A stretch of DNA of 32,000 bases from Fibrobacter succinogenes subsp. succinogenes S85. Its GTDB lineage: Bacteria; Fibrobacterota; Fibrobacteria; Fibrobacterales; Fibrobacteraceae. The stretch is from assembly GCF_000146505.1 (NCBI RefSeq), contig NC_017448.1, positions 540,001-572,000 on the forward strand, in the 5' to 3' direction. The notes under the pieces are model-generated. The model was not told the origin of the DNA and did no database searches. It saw nothing but the letters and a program-made list of their open reading frames with translations. This document shows, in pieces, positions 16,981 to 26,045 of this stretch (position 1 is its first letter; each line of letters begins with the position of its first letter). The position numbers and the translations under genes are program-made.

Positions 16981-18123
16981 TTAGCCCTTCGGATTCTTGG
17001 CATCGTAATCGGCGAGAGACTTGAAACCGTCTTTTGAGAGCGCTTCTTCAAGTTCCTTACGCATCGCATGGGCAGCCATCCAGCGGAAAGCCACCACAGA
17101 ATAGCACTGCACCGCATCGACACCGAGCTTGATGAGGTCATAAATCTTGTAGCCGTGGTCAATGCCACCACAAGCAATCACGCTCATCTGCGGGTAATGT
17201 TCACGAATAAACTTGACATTGCGCACTGTATTTTCGTAAAGCGGGCGGCCAGACATGCCACCGCGATCATTATCAGCACGGAGCGGAGTCAAATCGTCGT
17301 ACTTCACATGAACTGGGAGGTCCGTAACTTTCTTTGTCGGGTACGTGTTACCCATGACAACACCGTTCACGCCCACCTTCACCAACATATCCATGATGGT
17401 TGCCGTGTGATTTTCGGGCATATCCGGGCTGAGTTTTGCATAAATGGCCTTGCGGACCGGCTGTTTATTGCGATAATCCGTGATGGCGGTAAAGATTTTG
17501 TTGACAAGCGTCATGTCCAAATCGAGGCGATTCTCCCCCGTATTCGGGCAGCTCAGGTTGATTTCGACGTAGTCCGCCACGCGGTAAGCGATGGAGAAAC
17601 TTTCGACGATGTCCTGAAGCTTTTCGTTTTCATCCGTGAGACCCGGCGTTTCGGCAACAGAGATGCCCACGCACATTTGAACCCTGTGAGCTGCGGTAAT
17701 CTGGGTATCCACGCGACGGGTCACTGCGTCGACGCCATCGTTGTTGAGACCCATGCTATTATGAATTGCACGGTCATTCTCGATAAAACCGATACGCGGT
17801 CTGTGCGTGTTCCCTTCGCGGACGTGGCGGGTTGCAGTCCCGACAGAGATGCCTCCAAAGCCCATGTTGGCAAAATCGCAAATGCGTTTCGCCGTCTTGT
17901 TTGCACCAGCCGCGAGCATAATCGGGCAACCAAAATGGAGCGGATTTGAGCCATCCGCAAACGTCACCACGCGATTCAGAGTCTTGCTCAAGTCCGGGCG
18001 ACCACCCATGAACGGTATAATCGGGGCAAAGCGAGCCACATGCTTCAGGGAATCATGGCGAAATTCTGGATTATTGTGGAAAATACGGCGAATAAGTGCC
18101 AAAATGCGGTCACTCACGCGCAT
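16981..18123 (-). CDS. pyrD: Dihydroorotate dehydrogenase (class 2 / quinone-type like)
   Basis: Motifs GFGGISVGTAT, NSMGLNNDGVD, VEINLSCPNT, GVVMGNT, GGMSGRPL, IACGGI. The start is uncertain: ATG at 18123 (MRVSD, best match to PyrD N-termini), 18156 (MNNN) or 18186 (longest ORF). Confidence 0.8.
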   Translation of the reverse strand: MRVSDRILALIRRIFHNNPEFRHDSLKHVARFAPIIPFMGGRPDLSKTLNRVVTFADGSNPLHFGCPIMLAAGANKTAKRICDFANMGFGGISVGTATRHVREGNTHRPRIGFIENDRAIHNSMGLNNDGVDAVTRRVDTQITAAHRVQMCVGISVAETPGLTDENEKLQDIVESFSIAYRVADYVEINLSCPNTGENRLDLDMTLVNKIFTAITDYRNKQPVRKAIYAKLSPDMPENHTATIMDMLVKVGVNGVVMGNTYPTKKVTDLPVHVKYDDLTPLRADNDRGGMSGRPLYENTVRNVKFIREHYPQMSVIACGGIDHGYKIYDLIKLGVDAVQCYSVVAFRWMAAHAMRKELEEALSKDGFKSLADYDAKNPKG

Positions 18124-18277
18124 ATAGTATTCGTGGTTGATGCAATTATTGTTCATGAGTAGTAAAATAGAAAAATCTGATACCAAAGACAGCCTAGCAA
18201 GACTTATAGAACCAACAAACCACCTATTGCCATGCCATGAAAAATTTTATAATTCTTACTAGACAAGAGAGTAAATT

Positions 18278-19651
18278 ATGCAAAATCAAATCAAAAAAGA
18301 TATTCACGAAAACATGCCGCGCTATATCGACATGCTTTCGAGCCTGGTAGCCATTCCATCCATCAGTTTTGACAATTTTGACCAAAAGTACGTTTTGGAT
18401 AGCGCGAACGCCGTCAAGGCGATGTTTGAAAAAGCGGGACTCACGAACATCCAGTTTTTGATGCCGCCGAGCGGGCGCCCGAGCGTTTATGCAGAAAGCC
18501 TCACCAGCCCGGACAAGCCGACCATCCTTTTGTACGCGCATCACGACGTGCAGCCGCCCATGCGAGAAGCTTTGTGGGACACGCCGCCGTTTACCGCTAC
18601 GCAGAAAGGCGACCGCCTCTTTGGACGAGGCACCGCTGATGACAAGGCTGGCATCATCACGCATCTCGCAGCCCTCGAACAGGTCCGCCGCGAGCTCAAG
18701 GGCAACGGTCCGAACCTCAAGTTTATCATTGAAGGTGAAGAAGAATCCGGGAGCGCAGGCTTCGAAAGGATTCTCACGGAACATGCAGAACTCTTGAAGA
18801 GCGACGCCGTCATTATTGCAGACCTCGGGAACTTCGCAAAGGGAACGCCGTCCATCACGACGACGCTCCGCGGCATGAGCGCCATCAACGTGACGCTCCG
18901 CGCGACAAAGGCCCCACTCCATTCCGGCTCATGGTCTGGCCCGATTCCCGACCCCGCCCAGGCTCTTTGCCGCATGATTGCAAGCCTCACCGACAAGGAC
19001 GGCAAGATTCTCATCCCGCATTACGAAGACGACATTATCCCGCCGACCAAGGAAGAGCTTGAATCTTACAAGTCGCTCGGCATGACTGAAGAAATTTTCC
19101 GCAACGACGGCGGCGTTCTCGAGCAAGTGAAGTTGAACGTGCCGGAAGACGAAATTCTGCTCTCGCTGTGGCGCCGCCCGAGCATCATCGTGAGCACGAT
19201 TGAATCCGGCTCCCGCGTGAACGCCGGCAATGTGCTGCAAGATAGCGCCTATGCCCGAATCGGCATCCGCCTTGCACCCGGCATGGACGCCGTGAGATGC
19301 ACCGACATGCTCGCCGACTTCCTCAAGGCCCAAGTTCCAAACAACATGGAAATCACCATTGACAAGGAAGACGGTGCCAATCCATTCACGACCGACACGA
19401 ACCACCCGTTCTTCAAGAAAATGAGCGAAGCCATGGCGGACGCTTACGCCTCCCCCACCAAGTTCATTGGATGCGGCGCAAGCATCCCAGGCGCAGAACT
19501 TTTCCGCAACACGCTCGGTAACGTCCCGATTTTGCTCACGGGTCTCGAAGACCCGGAATGCAACGCCCATGGCGAAAACGAAAGCCTTTACCTGCCCGAT
19601 TTCGAAAGCGGCATCGTTGCAGAAGCGCTTTTCTTTGCATCCATTTCGTAA
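18278..19651 (+). CDS. M20-family metallopeptidase (dipeptidase / ArgE-DapE-like)
   Basis: YAHHDVQP, GRGTADDKAG, IIEGEEESGS and a C-terminal ...NAHGENE motif. 457 aa. Confidence 0.85.
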   Translation: MQNQIKKDIHENMPRYIDMLSSLVAIPSISFDNFDQKYVLDSANAVKAMFEKAGLTNIQFLMPPSGRPSVYAESLTSPDKPTILLYAHHDVQPPMREALWDTPPFTATQKGDRLFGRGTADDKAGIITHLAALEQVRRELKGNGPNLKFIIEGEEESGSAGFERILTEHAELLKSDAVIIADLGNFAKGTPSITTTLRGMSAINVTLRATKAPLHSGSWSGPIPDPAQALCRMIASLTDKDGKILIPHYEDDIIPPTKEELESYKSLGMTEEIFRNDGGVLEQVKLNVPEDEILLSLWRRPSIIVSTIESGSRVNAGNVLQDSAYARIGIRLAPGMDAVRCTDMLADFLKAQVPNNMEITIDKEDGANPFTTDTNHPFFKKMSEAMADAYASPTKFIGCGASIPGAELFRNTLGNVPILLTGLEDPECNAHGENESLYLPDFESGIVAEALFFASIS

Positions 19652-19660
19652 GGAGGATCT

Positions 19661-20350
19661 ATGAAACGTAAAAGACTCGTCGTACTGACAGGCGCTGGAA
19701 TCAGCGCGGAATCTGGCCTCCGCACATTCCGCGGAAACGACGGCATGTGGGAACACGAAAACATCGAAGATGTCTGCACACCGGACGCCCTTCGCCGTGA
19801 CCCGAAGCGCGTCAAGGACTTTTACAACTTCTTGCGAAAGGGCCTCCCCGAGCACGCTCCGAATGCGGCACACATCGCGCTTGCGAAGCTCGAAGAGCGC
19901 CTCGGCGACGAATTCTTGCTGGTGACGCAGAATGTCGACGACCTCCACGAACGTGGAGGAAGCAAGCGCGTTTTGCACATGCACGGCGACTTGATGAAAC
20001 TCCGTTGCACTAAAAACGAGCACGAATTTGAATTCACGGGTGAAGAAACTTTGGACACAAAATGCCCGATTTGCGGAAGCCCCGTGCGCCCGGACATCGT
20101 GTTCTTTGGCGAAACGCCGTTGTACATGGACGAGATTCAAGAAGCTCTGATGAATTGCGACGAATTCGCCTACATCGGCACTAGCAGCGTCGTGTATCCG
20201 GCAGCAGGGTTCAAGAGCTTTGCGAAATCCTACGGAGCAAAAGTCACTTGCTTAAATCTTGAAGCACCCTATGGCGACCCGTACACGGACGTCGTCATTC
20301 AAGGAAAAGCGACCGAAGTCGTTCCCAAGTGGTGCGAAGAATTCAAATAG
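19661..20350 (+). CDS. cobB: NAD-dependent protein deacylase, sirtuin (CobB type)
   Basis: VVLTGAGISAESGLRTFRG, TQNVDDLHERGG, HMHG, Zn-ribbon C..N-...-CPICG, FFGE. A strong AGGAGG lies 6 nt upstream and overlaps the peptidase stop. Confidence 0.9.
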   Translation: MKRKRLVVLTGAGISAESGLRTFRGNDGMWEHENIEDVCTPDALRRDPKRVKDFYNFLRKGLPEHAPNAAHIALAKLEERLGDEFLLVTQNVDDLHERGGSKRVLHMHGDLMKLRCTKNEHEFEFTGEETLDTKCPICGSPVRPDIVFFGETPLYMDEIQEALMNCDEFAYIGTSSVVYPAAGFKSFAKSYGAKVTCLNLEAPYGDPYTDVVIQGKATEVVPKWCEEFK

Positions 20351-20370
20351 AATTGCGCTCGAAATGCACG

Positions 20371-20401
20371 AAAAATGCGCGGGACAACCCGCGCACTTTT
20401 T
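20371..20401. terminator. Bidirectional rho-independent terminator between convergent genes
   Basis: AAAAA-TGCGCGGG-ACAA-CCCGCGCA-CTTTTTATTTC. The stem is a perfect 8 bp, with an A-run on one side and a T-run on the other. Confidence 0.6.
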
Positions 20402-21341
20402 ATTTCTTTTCTGGTGTTTTTGTTTCCGGAGTATCGTCCTTGATCAAGCGCACATACGATTGCGAGTGAGTGCTGAACGTTACTCGCCCAGGGAAAATTT
20501 CAAAGCAGAACTTGTCTTCGGAGGTCCAGAAATGACTAAAGAAGTTGTTGCTGATACCTGTGCTACATTTGACCGGAGTCGCTTCAAATCCCAAGTTATC
20601 GGTCGGGGTCACATTACACTTTTCCCAGCCCTTGCGAGACATGAGCACGCTCGACGGGTCACCAAGCCCTAAACCAGCAGCAGTCTTGATCAATGTTTCA
20701 AAGTCCTTTTTGCTCGGAACGCGCCAGCCCCTTACGGCACAATACTTGTTCACCGAGCTCCATTCGTACAGGCCCTCGCCCGTATAGCCCACGCACTTGT
20801 ACTTCAAGGGTTCCTTCATCCACACTTGATCGCCAATCCTTACGGTCTTGTAGACCTGACCATCGCGAGGGTCGACAAACTGTGATTCAAAAAGATTCGG
20901 GGAAAGCGAAAACCTTTTTTGCCAAATGTATTCCTGCAAGATATCGAGCATTTGCGCGCACGGTTCAAAAGAGAGTCCCAAATCCACACAAAGTCGTCTT
21001 TGGCAAGCCTCCAAAACTTCTTGCTGTTCGCCATCCGAAAAACTTCTGACCTCATACATGCTTGACGGAATTTGCTTTAAGACAAGCAGGAACAAACGGT
21101 CCTTAGCATCTGCAAATTCGGGAGCATTCAAATCACGCAGTTCTTTTTCCAAAGTTGATTCGTTTGCGAAAATAGAATCACCGACTTTTTGAACAAGAGC
21201 TTCACACAATGCATTGACATCTTTTTGCGCCACCTTGACCGGAGGGCGAACCAATTTTGCACCGCAGAACGGGCAATTTTCCATTTTATCGATTAAAGCA
21301 TCAAAATCTTTTAGATTTTTATGACACTCTTTACAGAACAT
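20400..21341 (-). CDS. Fibrobacter succinogenes major paralogous domain (Fib_succ_major) protein with an N-terminal zinc ribbon
   Basis: N-terminus MFCKEC...CPFCGAKL. The C-terminal half, FVDPRDGQVYKTVRIGDQVWMKEPL...GWRVPSKKDFETL...FWTSE, matches the paralogous-domain signature. Confidence 0.75.
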   Translation of the reverse strand: MFCKECHKNLKDFDALIDKMENCPFCGAKLVRPPVKVAQKDVNALCEALVQKVGDSIFANESTLEKELRDLNAPEFADAKDRLFLLVLKQIPSSMYEVRSFSDGEQQEVLEACQRRLCVDLGLSFEPCAQMLDILQEYIWQKRFSLSPNLFESQFVDPRDGQVYKTVRIGDQVWMKEPLKYKCVGYTGEGLYEWSSVNKYCAVRGWRVPSKKDFETLIKTAAGLGLGDPSSVLMSRKGWEKCNVTPTDNLGFEATPVKCSTGISNNFFSHFWTSEDKFCFEIFPGRVTFSTHSQSYVRLIKDDTPETKTPEKK

Positions 21342-21484
21342 AACGTTCTCCCCAATAATATTATCGAGCTTTCAACATCCATAGGGAGCCTCTAAAAAAT
21401 TTAGCGGCAACCTTTGATGATAATATTAAAAAACAAGAATGAAAGGGATGTAAAACTTATGCAAAAAACGATTGCAAGGATTAA

Positions 21485-22702
21485 TTACTTGGCACAAAAG
21501 CAATAGGCGAAATGATTCGCTTCGGCAATTTTCGTCGGGAGTTCGGCGGAAAGACATTTTTCGCGAACTTCGGCAGAAGCCTGTGCGCATTTACAGCAGC
21601 GATCGGCAAAGCGGCAACCCTTGGCAAAATCCTTTGGATGCGGCACAGCCCCCGGAATGGACGCGAGCGTGCGCAAGTCGCTATGGCTTTCGGGAATCGC
21701 AGCAAGGAGGCCTTGCGTGTACGGGTGCATCGGATGGTTGATGACTTCGCGAACGGGGCCTTCTTCGACAATGCGGCCGGCATACATCACAGCAACGCGG
21801 TGTGCGTACTGCGAAACAATTCCCATGTTGTGCGTTATGAGGAGAACTGCTGTTCCCGTTTTCTCGGCCATTTCCTTGAGCACAGCAAGAACTTGAGCTT
21901 GCACAGTCACATCCAAAGCAGTTGTCGGTTCATCGGCGATGATCAATTTTGGCTTTGGCAAAAGCGCCATCACGATGCAGACGCGTTGGAGCATACCGCC
22001 TGAAAGTTCGTGCGAATACGAATTCAAAACGCGGTCAGGGTCGTTGAAACCAGCCAAACGGAGTTGCTCGCGGATTAAGTCCAACGGCGAGTTGACTGGA
22101 TCCCCTCCGCTTCGCTCCGAGGATGACGAACTGCCACGAGATGGCGCGGAATCTTGTTTGGACTGCGTATTTTTCGAGACTGCGCCGAACTTGAAAACTT
22201 CGAGAAGTTGCTTTTTGATAGTAACAACAGGGTTCAACGCTTGCATCGGTTCCTGGAAAATGCAAGCAATTTCGGAACCGCGGACAGATTGCAAGTCTTT
22301 GAGCGGAAGTGTCGCTAGGTCACGAGAATTCGCATTGCCATCGTCAGCATCGCGCGAATCTTGAGCCTGCGCATCATTCGCCCCCACATCGAACAAAATC
22401 TCGCCGTTCACAATCTTTGCGCTTGGCCACGGCAACAAGCGCAAAATACTCATCGCAGTCACGCTCTTTCCGCAACCGGACTCGCCCACCAACGCAAAGA
22501 ATTCGCCCGGGAAAATGTCAAACGAGACGCGGTCCGTCACTTGCAACGGTTTCCTGCCGTCACGCGAGTTACCGTTCTTGTCGAACCCGAACGCCACCGA
22601 AACTTCTTTTACACGCAAAACGGGGACTTTACTGGATCCTTCAACTTCGCTCAGGATGACGCGTTCCTCTCGTCTCTCGTCTCTCGTCTCTCGTCTAAAC
22701 AT
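21485..22702 (-). CDS. ABC transporter ATP-binding protein, oligopeptide/dipeptide (DppD/OppD) type, with repeat-derived insertions
   Basis: Walker A GESGCGKS, signature LSGGMLQRV, Walker B LIIADEPTTALD, H-loop ITHN, and the Opp-type C-terminal HPYTQGLLAAIP. The ATG at 22702 overlaps the permease stop by 8 nt. A TTG at 22618 just before the ABC core (PVLRVKEV) is an alternative start. The longer listed start at 22753 is unlikely. Confidence 0.85.
   Translation of the reverse strand: MFRRETRDERREERVILSEVEGSSKVPVLRVKEVSVAFGFDKNGNSRDGRKPLQVTDRVSFDIFPGEFFALVGESGCGKSVTAMSILRLLPWPSAKIVNGEILFDVGANDAQAQDSRDADDGNANSRDLATLPLKDLQSVRGSEIACIFQEPMQALNPVVTIKKQLLEVFKFGAVSKNTQSKQDSAPSRGSSSSSERSGGDPVNSPLDLIREQLRLAGFNDPDRVLNSYSHELSGGMLQRVCIVMALLPKPKLIIADEPTTALDVTVQAQVLAVLKEMAEKTGTAVLLITHNMGIVSQYAHRVAVMYAGRIVEEGPVREVINHPMHPYTQGLLAAIPESHSDLRTLASIPGAVPHPKDFAKGCRFADRCCKCAQASAEVREKCLSAELPTKIAEANHFAYCFCAK
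22095..22130. repeat. Copy A of a short dispersed repeat (ACTGGATCC..CTTCGCTC..AGGATGACG) inside the ABC ATPase CDS
   Basis: ACTGGATCCCCTCCGCTTCGCTCCGAGGATGACGAA shares three blocks (ACTGGATCC, CTTCGCTC, AGGATGACG) with copy B. It is translated as ...SSSSERSGGDPV... within a low-complexity insertion of the ATPase. Confidence 0.6.
22631..22661. repeat. Copy B of the same short repeat, at the 5' end of (or just upstream of) the ABC ATPase
   Basis: ACTGGATCCTTCAACTTCGCTCAGGATGACG. It is translated in a different frame from copy A, as VILSEVEGSS. Confidence 0.6.
22667..22696. repeat. Heptanucleotide tandem repeat (CTCTCGT)x4 plus 2 nt
   Basis: Read directly: units at 22667-73, 22674-80, 22681-87 and 22688-94, then CT. 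On the coding strand this is (ACGAGAG)n and encodes RRETRDERREE at codons 3-13 of the ATPase ORF, immediately downstream of the permease stop. Confidence 0.85.
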
Positions 22703-23774
22703 ATCTATCTCCCGACTTCGGGTCCATAGCATCTCGCACGCCTTCGCCGACAAACGTCGTAAGGAGGAGCGTCACAAACAACGCAACAACAGTGCTCACG
22801 GAAATCCACGGAGCGTAGAGGTTGTTGAGTCCCTGGCTCATGAGTTCGCCCCAGCTCGGCGTCGGTGGCTGGAGTCCAAAGCCCAAGAAGTCGAGCGACG
22901 TGAGGCTCCCAATTCCACCAATGAGCGTGAACGGGAAAAGCGTCACCACGGGAGTCATTGCGTTCGGCAAGATTTCCTTGAAAAAGATATGGCGATGCCC
23001 GAGTCCAAGCACCTTCGCAGACATCACGTAAGTCATGCTGCGGAGCTTCAGGAATTCCGCACGCATGTAATAGCTGAGCGAAAGCCAGTTAAACGCCGCC
23101 ATAATCAAAATCAAAAGCCAGAAACTGCGGCCGTAAATACTGCCAATGAGAATCACCACGTAAAGCATCGGGAGCGACGACCAGATTTCAATCATACGCT
23201 GCATGCCCGTATCCCAGAACTTCCCGAGATAGCCCTGAATACCGCCAATGACAATGCCGAGGAACGTACCAAGCACGGTCAAGAGCAAGCTAAAGCTGAT
23301 GCAAATGCGGAACCCGTGAATCAAGCGCGAAAGAACATCGCGCCCATTGCTATCGGTCCCGAGCCAGTGCTTTGCGCTCGGCGCAAATGGAGGGGTTCCC
23401 TCCTCGCTCAGATCCGCCTTCAGCGGATCGTGCGGCACTGGCGGCATGAACGTCCACATCTCGGGGCAGCCTCCAGCACGCGGGAATCCGTCTTCTTCAT
23501 CCTGCTTACATTCTTCGACATCTGCAAAAAGCTTTGCGTAATCCTGCTCCGTCTTGTATTCGCCGCCAAAGTCCGCTTCGCTGTAACGCGCAAACGCCGG
23601 AAAATAGCTCTTGCCGTTGTAACGCAAATAGAACGGCTCGTCATTTACCGTCCACGGGCTCGTGAGCGAAAGCAAGTACGCCACAACCAGAATCACAAGC
23701 GACCAAAAGGCGCGCTTGTTCTTGCGGAAGCGCTTTAAGCGATTCAAAGTTTCTGTCGAAAGTCTAAGTTTCAT
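22695..23774 (-). CDS. ABC transporter permease, OppC/DppC/YejE type
   Basis: N-terminal TM, then a long periplasmic loop, then HWLGTDSNGRDVLSRLIHG. Six TM segments and the EAA-like loop region YVMSAKVLGLG..HIFFKEILPN. Confidence 0.85.
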   Translation of the reverse strand: MKLRLSTETLNRLKRFRKNKRAFWSLVILVVAYLLSLTSPWTVNDEPFYLRYNGKSYFPAFARYSEADFGGEYKTEQDYAKLFADVEECKQDEEDGFPRAGGCPEMWTFMPPVPHDPLKADLSEEGTPPFAPSAKHWLGTDSNGRDVLSRLIHGFRICISFSLLLTVLGTFLGIVIGGIQGYLGKFWDTGMQRMIEIWSSLPMLYVVILIGSIYGRSFWLLILIMAAFNWLSLSYYMRAEFLKLRSMTYVMSAKVLGLGHRHIFFKEILPNAMTPVVTLFPFTLIGGIGSLTSLDFLGFGLQPPTPSWGELMSQGLNNLYAPWISVSTVVALFVTLLLTTFVGEGVRDAMDPKSGDRYV

Positions 23775-23828
23775 AGATTAAACAAGGCTCGGCGCATTTT
23801 CGCATTTTCGCGGCAGTTCCAACAACCA

Positions 23829-24971
23829 TTAAATACTCGACTCGATAAATTCCTTGCGGAACGTTCCGTTACCAAGCAAAATATCAATCGGCAGCTTGTG
23901 GAACTCGTACTCGTACGGAGGCTGTTTCCACGCAAAATCCTTCGGGTATTCGTTGAAGATGTACTGCAACAGCTTCACCGCCATCTCAAAACTGCGGAAC
24001 TTGTTACGGTCCGTCACGTGAATCTGCGCACCGCCACAAATCTGCCCCGCACCCTTGTGGAACGTCGGCTGGAAGTAGTTTTCGCGGAAATACACGCCCG
24101 GAAGCTTAAGCCCGTTCATGTACTTGCAAAGCTTGACCGCATCGATAAACGGCGCACCAAAAATTTCGAACGGACGCGTCGTGCCACGGCCTTCGCTCAC
24201 GTTGGTCGCCTCAAACAAACACATACCCGGATACACAATTGCAGTATCAAGCGTCGGCATGTTCGGGCTCGGCAAAATCCACGGGAGTCCCGTTTCATCG
24301 AACCACATGCGCTTATCGTAACCATCCATGTGCATCACGTAAAGTTCGCACTTCGGGAATCGTTCGGCCTTGAACTGTTCGGCAAGTTCACCAATCGTCT
24401 TGGCATGGCGCGTACGAATGCTATGAAGCCCAACAAAGCTCGTGTAATTGAGGTCGAGCACCGGGCCTTCTTCGTCCACGCAGTTAATCGGATTCGGGCG
24501 GTCCACCACGACCACCGGGATTCCCGCCTTCTCGCAAGCCTTCATGCAGAGGAAAAGCGTCCAGATGAACGTGTAGTAACGCGCCCCCACATCCTGCAAA
24601 TCCACAAGCATAGCATCCACGTGCGAAAGCATTTCTGCCGTCGGTTCGCGATGTTCGCCGTAAAGGCTGTAAACCGGAATATGCAATTCCGGGTCTTCGT
24701 AGCCTTCCCATTCAATCATGTTGTCTTGCGTGTGTCCCTTGATGCCGTGCTGCGGGCCAAACAAAGCCGATAGCTTAAAGAGCTTGCCGTCCAAATCCTT
24801 GAGCAAGTCAAGCGTATAACTCAAATCGGCACAGACCGAAGCCGGATGGAGAACCGCACCCAGGCGCTTACCACGAAGTACCACCGGGAAACTTTTTTCA
24901 AAATGAGAAAGAGCTAACGTAACCATGTTTTTAAAGGTAGTAAAACCACCTTTAAACGCCAGCCGCTTCAA
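23829..24971 (-). CDS. DUF1343-family protein (NamZ-like exo-beta-N-acetylmuramidase family)
   Basis: LFGPQHGIKG, VYSLYGEHREPT, MLVDLQDVGARYYTFIWTL, VVVDRPNPI, SFVGLHSIRTRHAKTIGELA. All are characteristic of DUF1343. Confidence 0.75.
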   Translation of the reverse strand: MKRLAFKGGFTTFKNMVTLALSHFEKSFPVVLRGKRLGAVLHPASVCADLSYTLDLLKDLDGKLFKLSALFGPQHGIKGHTQDNMIEWEGYEDPELHIPVYSLYGEHREPTAEMLSHVDAMLVDLQDVGARYYTFIWTLFLCMKACEKAGIPVVVVDRPNPINCVDEEGPVLDLNYTSFVGLHSIRTRHAKTIGELAEQFKAERFPKCELYVMHMDGYDKRMWFDETGLPWILPSPNMPTLDTAIVYPGMCLFEATNVSEGRGTTRPFEIFGAPFIDAVKLCKYMNGLKLPGVYFRENYFQPTFHKGAGQICGGAQIHVTDRNKFRSFEMAVKLLQYIFNEYPKDFAWKQPPYEYEFHKLPIDILLGNGTFRKEFIESSI

Positions 24972-26028
24972 GCCGTTTCACATGGCAATATGCAAGTTCT
25001 TTTGTCCGCTCGTCACGCAAATGCAGGCTGGAGCCCTCGCAATAGCGCCAATACTTGCAAGTTTTGCAGTCACCAATTTTCGCCCAGCTGCGGTCGCGCA
25101 TCACCTGATAGCGGTTCTGCCATACATCCCACAAGTCATCCTTGTAGATATTCCCTTGAATGTAATCCCCACGCAAGCTCGGGCATGCCGAAATGCTTCC
25201 ATCGCACAGCACCGACGCAATATTGACGCCCGCCCAGCAAAAGAACGGATTATCGCGAACGGCCTTTTCGTAACTGCCGAGAAAACCTTCGCAATCGTAG
25301 TTCACATTCATGAGATTTTGCTTCTTGGCTTCACGAATAAATTCAAATACTTGACGAAATTCTTGATTCGTAAGCTGGAACAGCGGATTGTCTTTTGCAC
25401 GGCCTTTCGCAAATACATTCGAAACACGCCAACGCTTGACGCCTAGATTTAAAAGCAAGTTATAAATCTTGGGCAATTCCTTAAGGTTCTTGCGATTCAC
25501 GCAAGTCATCACGTCAAACGTAATGCCGTCCGTATGTGAGGCCATGTTGATGGCACGCACCGCACGTTCGAAGCTGTGCGCATTGCCGCGGAAATGGTTA
25601 TGATTTTCTTCAAGGCCATCAAGGCTAATCGTCAACGCACGCAACCCTGCATTCATGAGTTTCGTATAACGTTCTGGATTTAAAGCCAGTCCATTCGTCA
25701 CCATGCCCCAAGGGTATCCACGCGCTTTAATATCTTTGCCGATTTCTTCAAGATCGGCTCGCATTAAGGGTTCACCGCCAGTAATCACCACAATAAAATT
25801 GCTAGGATCGACATGTGGCGAAACGCCATCCAAAACTCGCATAAAATCTTCACGAGGCATGTCCGGAATCGCATCGGCAACACAATCGCTCCCGCAATGC
25901 AAGCAATGTAAATTGCAACGCAACGTACATTCCCAAAAGAGGTACGTCAGGGGATGATCCTTAATCTGGCTATGACGATAAAGGCGATGCGCTTCAAGCG
26001 CAAGAAACTTTTTAATACCGAGATGCAT
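24952..26028 (-). CDS. Radical SAM enzyme with a C-terminal SPASM-type auxiliary cluster domain
   Basis: CTLRCNLHCLHCGS (CxxxCxxC), GGEPLM. The Cys-rich C-terminus (CWAG...CDGSISACP...CKTCKYWRYCEGS) is typical of SPASM. It overlaps the NamZ-like gene by 20 nt. Confidence 0.85.
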   Translation of the reverse strand: MHLGIKKFLALEAHRLYRHSQIKDHPLTYLFWECTLRCNLHCLHCGSDCVADAIPDMPREDFMRVLDGVSPHVDPSNFIVVITGGEPLMRADLEEIGKDIKARGYPWGMVTNGLALNPERYTKLMNAGLRALTISLDGLEENHNHFRGNAHSFERAVRAINMASHTDGITFDVMTCVNRKNLKELPKIYNLLLNLGVKRWRVSNVFAKGRAKDNPLFQLTNQEFRQVFEFIREAKKQNLMNVNYDCEGFLGSYEKAVRDNPFFCWAGVNIASVLCDGSISACPSLRGDYIQGNIYKDDLWDVWQNRYQVMRDRSWAKIGDCKTCKYWRYCEGSSLHLRDERTKELAYCHVKRLEAAGV

Positions 26029-26045
26029 ACGGAATCAATTCCGAG

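Noticed and set aside
18224-20140. Long minus-strand ORFs (232 aa and 403 aa) opposite the M20 peptidase and cobB genes
   Set aside because: The translations are Arg/Ala/Val-rich nonsense-like sequence with no motifs. The plus-strand genes are unambiguous.
19661-20350. Sir2-family gene as a possible defence-associated SIR2 effector
   Set aside because: It has the full canonical CobB sirtuin motif set, including the Zn ribbon. Its composition is core-like. It is coupled by a shared SD/stop to a housekeeping M20 peptidase, and no partner sensor gene is present.
22703-22753. Longer start (MSAKACEML...) for the ABC ATPase
   Set aside because: It would overlap the permease C-terminus by 59 nt. 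The ATG at 22702 gives the classic short stop/start overlap.
22515-24773. Plus-strand ORFs of 407 aa and 291 aa opposite the ABC permease and the DUF1343 gene
   Set aside because: These are antisense shadows with Arg/His-rich, low-information translations. The minus-strand products have strong family signatures.
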